From positions 14,033,265 through 14,097,264 of the forward strand of contig CAJINV010000001.1 of assembly GCA_905178155.1 (NCBI GenBank): DNA of 64,000 nucleotides. Direction: 5' to 3'. The notes beneath the pieces were generated by a model, which was not told the DNA's origin, searched no databases, and saw only the letters and a program-made list of their open reading frames with translations. The stretch's first letter is position 1; each line of letters opens with the position of its first letter. The position numbers and the translations under genes were made by a program. This document shows positions 57,502-64,000 of the stretch, piece after piece. The stretch comes from Amoebophrya sp. A120. Taxonomy: Eukaryota; Protista; Dinoflagellata.

Positions 57502-58665
57502 CTACTGTATTCTATGCATTGCAAAAGTATCGCACTCGTATAAATGCATTACAAATTTCCTCAGCATGAGAAATGAAATTTGTGATGCGAATTTGCCTTA
57601 AGAAAAAAATTTGTAATGCATGATTGAGTACGAAGATGCTTTTGCATTGCATATATTCTCGAACCGAGCCAAACGCAGTGCCAGGTTCCGAGGCAGAGGC
57701 CGATGAGGTTCAGGGTTGTCGAAACGCCATGCAACGCTCCAAACTTTTTCGACAACGCCACCAACTCGGGATCGTTCGCTTTTTCGGGGTCGCTCGGCCG
57801 CAGTTGGCCGATCTCGTGCCCCGTGCCCAACCTTACTTCCACTTTGTGCCGCGCAAACATCACGGCGGTCGTTTTGGGTTCGAACACCAGCAAGTTCAAC
57901 AATACGATCGCAAGAATGCCGATTAAATTTCCGAGTTGCGTAGTTCCTAGCTGGTTAGAAGTACTCGTCCTCGCAGCGGGCATCACGTACGGCATCGCCT
58001 GGTCGAGTAACACGCAGGCCGCGACAATATCACAAGAAAAAAGTGTTACAGTTACACATTTGTTGGAATTTCTGCATCACAAATTTTCTCTGTGTGGCAG
58101 GGAAAACTTGCAATGCGAAGACCATAAACGGAAAACAGGAAGGAAACGAGGCTCCCAAGCATTTCCTGCATGAGAAAGGTTATCTGTGTTGCCGGTCTTG
58201 CAACACAATGTGTAACTGTAACACTTTTTTCTTGCGATAGACAAAGATTGCGGAATACTGGAAGTACCGCGGGAACAGGGCCGCTTGCAGCCTGCCGAAC
58301 ACGTGCCGAGGCAGGTTGTGGAACATGACAAGTCCGGCGACAAACGAAACCCACATGCTGCACCCGAACCAGGTGGCGAAACAGAAGACGTGGATCGGCC
58401 ATCGGTACTGCACGAAAATCGCGGTCGCATTTGCGAAGGTGAAACTGACACCGCTGGTAGACCCGGACACGGTCACTGCAGCGACCAGCGCAGCGAGGAT
58501 GGCAAGCGCCCGATACACTTGGCGTTTGGGCAAGAAAAAACCACCAACGATGGGAATGCTGTCCGAGGCTTTCGTGGTCTGTGTTTTCTTCTGGTCAGCA
58601 CTTTTCGCATCGCTCTTCCGCCCGGGCGTGCTGCTGCCGCGTGGCATGTTCTTCATAACCGCCAT
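57502..58665 (-). CDS. TMEM205: TMEM205/DUF4149 membrane protein interrupted by two introners
   Basis: HVFCFATWFGCSMWVSFVAGLVMFHNLPRHVFGRLQAALFPRYF, NLLVFEPKTT and KKFGALHGVSTTLNL. Removing the elements gives ...SAIFVAACVLLDQ... and ...WLGSRIQ-stop (TAG 57502-57504). Confidence 0.88.
57513..57653. mobile_element. 141-bp MITE-like introner just before the TMEM205 stop codon; TSD TATTC
   Basis: TIR tatgcattgcaaaagtatc / gatgcttttgcattgcata plus inner atgcattacaaattt / aaatttgtaatgcat; direct repeat at 57508-57512 and 57654-57658. Confidence 0.9.
58028..58239. mobile_element. 212-bp MITE-like introner in TMEM205; TSD GACAA
   Basis: Near-perfect ~33-bp TIR tatcacaagaaaaaagtgttacagttacacatt / aatgtgtaactgtaacacttttttcttgcgata; direct repeat at 58023-58027 and 58240-58244. 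Confidence 0.94.
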
Positions 58666-59645
58666 GGTTGAAGATCTAGGTAGGACACTATCACTACTTT
58701 CAGCGTGAAATTAAATTGATAGTTCGACGTGCAACCAAGGTATTTTTACAACTGATGCTTGAGGAGGTAGAGCTCTCTCCTGTGAAGCAAATGGGAGCGC
58801 GCGGGTCGGGCAGAGGGATTATAAATATGGTCGCACTGACTGGCTTAGTCTTAGATGAAAATGCCGGAATAAAAATCAAACTAGCTTGTTCTGCTCGTCT
58901 ATTTTCGTCATTGTAGTCTCGCTTTCTCGACGTAGTTCATGAAACAAGAATCAGACCTTGCTAAGCCTCGAAACCTGAATTACGTGGTACTAATCTGGCT
59001 GGAAAAATAGATCAGGTTACGGCAATTGCAAATCAACATCTGGTACGTCACTCGGTGTCATTGCGAACACGACTAACACAGCACTGCTGCATCTTGCTCA
59101 TACATCAAGCGACATTTATGTTCATCGTCTACCTGCTGCTCTTAAACTTAATCTTCGTCCTAGCGCCGACCGAGTGAAGATAGCCTGAACTTCTATCAAC
59201 GTAAATTTGTTCTCTGTGCACAAGTGCAAGTTCAAGGAAGTTTCTTCACGATGGAAAGAGATAAACAAAAGCTCGCTCCTCGGGCGAGTAGAATGTAGCG
59301 TATACGATTTCTACTTCTTGCGAAACGTAAACATCGAAAGCAGGTATTCGTATTTAGTTCGTTTTGGAATCAGGCAAAAACCCAAAGTTTTGTCCAGAGT
59401 TCTAAAGTTGATAGTTTTAGCAGTACCGGTACTCTAGCAAAGAAGTAAACAAAGCTCGGAAACCGAAACGAAAGAGAAGACTCACTTCTAGGAAGCCGTG
59501 ACACCGCACCCCGAAGTTCACTATTGCAAATTCTAGCTAGGCTAGCAAAACAAAGAACGAACGGAAGATCTGCATCAAGGCAAAAAGTCCGACCTCGCAA
59601 AAAAACATAAAGCTCCAAAAATTAAAGTATTATAATACAAAAGCT

Positions 59646-60030
59646 CTAGTCGTCGTCAAGGTGTGACAGCACGAGCACCTTAATCTTTAATATCAAAGTC
59701 AGCGGTCCTTCTTGTTTTAGTTTTTCTGGGAAACGTTCACAGCGCAAGTGGACTCGACGAACGTGAAAAAAGAAACGGAGAAGAAGTTCTGTGCAATTAA
59801 CGGGTTGACCATATCGTATGACGTTTTCCTGTGCCACCAGAAAGTCTTGTACTATCTCGCGCACATTAAGCTTCTACGCCATTTATACAGTTGTCAGCTC
59901 AAAGAAAACGCACCATCTCATTACGTTTGAGCGCTCTTGTGCAAATGATGTCTGCATATTATTTTGCTCTTTCTGCATGGAAGCTTCAACCGCCGTCTCG
60001 ATAGTGTTTTCTTCAAACTCGTTGAAGCGA
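59646..60030 (-). CDS. Possible small spliced hypothetical gene (fragmentary model)
   Basis: The minus-strand frame FNEFEENTIETAVEASMQKEQNNMQTSFAQERSNVMR and a following segment KLNVREIVQDFLVAQENVIRY look protein-like; boundaries unresolved. Confidence 0.25.
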
Positions 60031-60207
60031 TGAAATATCGCTTCGTTTTTGTTGCTTTTAGCGTATCATTAGATTTAGTTTACTCTAGTCAAGTCAATAA
60101 TGTTAAAGTAGTTCCTTCAGTGGGACGAGTGGTTTTGCTTTTGCGCATGATATTGCTGAGTCCAAGCACCACCGTGCACCACCTGATCGACAGAAGCCTC
60201 CTGCTTT

Positions 60208-62287
60208 TTACAAAAACGCGATGACGCTTCCGGTCGCGTGGGTACCGGGAGCGGCGGCCGCGAGCCGCCGCTTCTCGGCCGCGGTGGCAACGGCAGCCAG
60301 CGTCAGCAGGGGTCCCATGCTGGCGGCCTTGACATCGTCCACTTCCTGCACCTCGTACTGCTCGTCCTCATCCGGCTTTTCAGCGTCCATTTTGTGCTCC
60401 GGTTCGACCGTACCCGTAGCTGTTGAGTGGCGTACAGCATCTACTTTGTTGTCACCATGCACTAGAAAACAATTCTGATTTTCCTCGAGTTTAGTTACAG
60501 CTTTGCTAGACGACGGACATGGTAGTGTAAGGGAGGATCACTTCATTCGTTTTCGCACTCAACACTCCTCATACCTAGCTTAATCTTCTTGGAGATGAAT
60601 CGATGCATGAACACGAACACCGATCTGAATAAATTCCAAATTTCGATTCGATGTATACCCGGCTCGTCCTGCGCGGGCGCGTTCGCAGCACCACTGTCCG
60701 CCTGGTGTTCCTCCACGGGATTCGCCTTTGCGTTTTCCAACTCCGTGGCGGCGAACTTCTGCAAATCCTCTGGGGTGCGATCGCCTTCGAACTCATGCAC
60801 GGTTCCGTTCTTCCCCTCAAACCGGATGGTCGGAAAACCCTGCACGTCCTCGCGCACACAATCTTGGAAGTCCTGATGAGTTTCATCATCGCATTTTGCT
60901 TATGCTGCATCATCTTCTGTCACATTCACTTTAGTTTACATACTTGATCATGCGAACGTGAATCAAGAAAGCTGAAATTCTGAAGCCAAAAGATGCAGCC
61001 AAGGTGGATGCCCGCCAAAAAGTCTTTCAGTACCCCAGCCGGTTGCCACTTGTCATTCAGGCACTCCTTCTCCACCCATTTGATGTCATCCTTCATTTCC
61101 GGGTGGTTCTCGGCCCACTTTCCGCTCGCCTCGTCCCAGATCGGCTTCAACTTGACGCAATGCGGACAGCCAGACGCGAAGTATTCCACGATCTGATCCT
61201 GGGTCGGCGTCGCGTGCTCCACCGGAATGGCGGCACCTGTAATGTCCTTGACTATTTCCTTGTCGAATTTAGCTCTCAGCTACTAGTAGTACTTATGACC
61301 CTGGCTTCACGAGGAAAGCTGCGAGGTCTCTGGTACAAGTGCAATCAAGTCTTAGCGCATGTGCAGGCGCAACAACAAAATTTCGATCTGACAACACACC
61401 TCATACCAGCCGCGGCCGCCTGGTCCGCTTCGGGCATCGGTTCGATTCCGGTGTGCTGCTTCGCAAAGGTCGTGAGTTGGTCGACGGTACGGGGGCCGTC
61501 AAAGTCCGTTGCGGAACCATTGGGGCCGAACAAGCGCAGCGTCGGAAACGCGTGGACCTGCTCCTTGTTGCAGGCGTCATTGTCCGATCCTGATTTGGCA
61601 GTTTATTTTGGGATAATTTGGATATCCCCATCAAATCGTCGTCGTCGATGCAGTATTTTGAGAAGCACAGATGAAACACAACCGATGATGATCACTACTC
61701 TTGTATTTTTGCGTAGCGACGAAAATGAAAGAAAGGCTTCAACCATGAGGCACATGGAACAAAAATTGCTGTAGAGATTGAGATAGCATACCGGCTTTCC
61801 ACGACTCGTCAAGGCACTGCTTCTGCTCGTGTACGAGGTGTACCTTCGGGTTTTGCATCGCGATCTCGTTCCACGCCTCGGTGGCCGCCTTCCACTTTGG
61901 GGCGAGATCCGTACAATGGGGGCAGGCTTGGGCGTAGTACTCCACAAATCGGTACTCACCGTCGCCCAGGTTGTGGTAATCCACAACAGCTGCATCCTTC
62001 GCAGCGGCCGGGGCCCCGACGAACTTCCCTTTTACCTGGGGTAGCACAAGTATTCAACTACTTCAGTTTCACTACTTTCCAATCAAGAACAAAGTGGCGC
62101 TTTGAGAATCAACAAGTTAACGGACGTCGGAAAAGCAGCACTGTATTGCGATGAAAGAAAGTGAAAGCAACGTAATTGTAGAGACGACATTTCTACTTAC
62201 CCATTCATACGCCGCGATCTCTGGAGCGAAGAGTTTATACGTCCCCCAATGAACGGCGTCGTAGAGATTCTGTGCGAGACCAACCAT
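60208..62287 (-). CDS. Multi-exon protein with two thioredoxin domains (PDI-like, CPHC active sites)
   Basis: VEYYAQACPHC...KQCLD...VHAFPTLRLF...FDGPRT and VEYFASGCPHC...KECLN...VQGFPTIRF...FEGDRT; five introns with GT-AG options; start ATG 62287. Confidence 0.85.
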
Positions 62288-63309
62288 TTTTACTGAAGAT
62301 AATTTGGATCTGGAGTGTCGTCGAGGTCGACGTCTGCGCCTTTTTTCCTCCTTCTACTCGAAGCAGCAATGCCTAACTGATTCTAAGACTAAAGTCTTCG
62401 TCATCTGACATCGCACGCGTCCAGGTGGTTTTGTTAATTTCAGTCGGTTTTTGCTCTCGCTCTCGGTAGTTCTTCCTCTTCCAAGATGTTAACACTGCAT
62501 ATGTAAAATTTGGCGCTTTGCTTCTCCACGACTTCCGCTCACATCTCCGATCGGGTTTGGCATTCACAGCTTTGGAGGCCTTCTCTTTTGGCAGAAAAAA
62601 GGCAGAGAACGCGACTCGCTCGACCGAAGTGCGCGCAAATAAATTGGAAGAGAATTAACTCTAGACCGCTCGGAGTGTAATCGTGATTCAAACGGAATTC
62701 AAACTGAATTCAAAAAGTTGGCATTTTCAAAAAAACGCCCCTCCGAGGGGGCGAATCGGGCGAAACAAATGCGGCGCGCGACAGCCATAGAAAACGGCCT
62801 GTAGCCGCTTTCACACGAACGCTGCGCCCTGTGCTTGGTCCAGCGGACCAGGCGCGAAACGGCAACTGGATCCAACCATGCGAAGGAGCTTCCGGGAAAT
62901 GGGGCGAACGCGCTTTGGTTCGACCGGCGGCCGAAGTTTGTTATCATGCCTTAACTTGCGAGACTTGAAACCCGGCTCGGCGCCAGGGGGGTGCTGCCGG
63001 TGTAATAAGAGAAGACCCTGCCCAACCACGGAAAAATGCCGGAAACCGTCGGGGGCCGGCGCATGCGGTTAGGAGCATGGCTGGCCTCGGTGTCGGGGTC
63101 GCGGCTTGGCCCGGCGAGCGCTCAAGCAAGTCAGCCTGTGCATATTGCATGTGACGCTAGTGGACAAAATGCCGCCAGGGGCGAGGCCATCCCCGGCCGC
63201 GATTCCCAATGCGGTCAGCCACCCAAGATCGCCCAGGCTGGTCTCGGTAGGTGAAGTCGACTGGAGGCACAACTCTGGTGGCCCGGACCACAAAATCCCA
63301 TCCCCCACC

Positions 63310-63415
63310 AATTCAAAATCCATCCGAATTCTGTCAGAATCCGTCCGAATCAAGAAGCCAAGTAGGGGACAAAATTCGGACGGAATTCGGACAGAATTCG
63401 GATGAGTTTTGAATT
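63310..63415. repeat. ~42-bp imperfect inverted repeat with a ~23-bp spacer
   Basis: aattcaaaatccatccgaattctgtcagaatccgtccgaat / attcggacggaattcggacagaattcggatgagttttgaatt. Confidence 0.85.
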
Positions 63416-63590
63416 TGCCCCGATGGCCCCGATGGAGTTTGAATTGGGGCCGATCGTCCGGATGGGTTTTGAATTGGGGCCGGTCGTCCGGATGGAGTTT
63501 GAATTGGGGCCGGTCGTCCGGATGGAGTTTGAATTGGGGCCGGTCGATCGGATGGACTTTGAAATTGAGATCCACTCCCCGATGAACTTT
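63400..63590. repeat. 30-bp minisatellite, ~6 copies
   Basis: Unit gatggagtttgaattggggccggtcgtccg. Confidence 0.9.
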
Positions 63591-64000
63591 AGAATTGTTG
63601 CGCCGATCCCAAATTAGCGCCGCAAACAAGCGCAGCCCCCTTCTGCGCCCGTGCGGGCCTGTTGTAGTGTTCCTGCCCGGAGTGCCAAAGCCAATAATAG
63701 CGCCGGCCGCGGGAATGACTAAACCGCCACCAGTGTCAGACAGGCGCTACACAAAAGTGGCGCGAAATAGTAAGCCACGACAGAGCGCCGTCGCCCTTCG
63801 CAGGCGATGCGGGCGTATGCCGGAAAGTGAACCAGAGCGCATCGCTCTGGCCCTCGGTCATCATTCAGCAACACTCCTAGTACGGTGCGGAGCAGCCCTT
63901 CGGGTTGAGCCCGTCCCCCGAGCCAATGAGCCAGCAGGAGCCAACGTCGGACGAGCGAGCCAATGACTCGCTCGTCCGAAGTGCGCGCAAATAAATTGGA

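Noticed and set aside
1-64000. tRNA, rRNA, dinoflagellate spliced-leader or telomeric repeats
   Set aside because: None recognised by eye; tRNAscan-SE/Infernal would be needed to exclude them formally.

Overview
Eukaryotic (protist) genomic DNA, not prokaryotic. Every credible gene lies on the minus strand and most are spliced. The unidirectional layout and transposon-like introns suggest a syndinean dinoflagellate such as Amoebophrya (inference only). Genes: a giant (>7,000 aa, running off the left edge) secreted Cys-rich protein, MEMO1, a PUB+DnaJ protein, a SelK-like selenoprotein, an unknown protein, a CEP350-like protein, a small RRM-like protein, a Q/N/H-rich 3xCCCH+SH3 protein, TMEM205/DUF4149 and a two-domain CPHC thioredoxin. 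Highlight 1: the SelK-like gene is missed by the ORF track and appears to carry two in-frame UGA codons, one on each side of its hydrophobic segment, with a GUGA-type SECIS in the 3' UTR. Highlight 2: five MITE-like elements share one architecture (TAT...ATA termini, terminal inverted repeats, exact 5-bp target-site duplication). All sit inside reading frames, where their removal restores the protein, so they behave as introners, some without a GT-AG option. Also present: a 143-bp intronic tandem array, a nested insertion with 9-bp direct repeats, and a palindrome/30-bp-repeat segment bounded by a long direct repeat at the right edge. All gene models were read by eye, with no database or RNA evidence.
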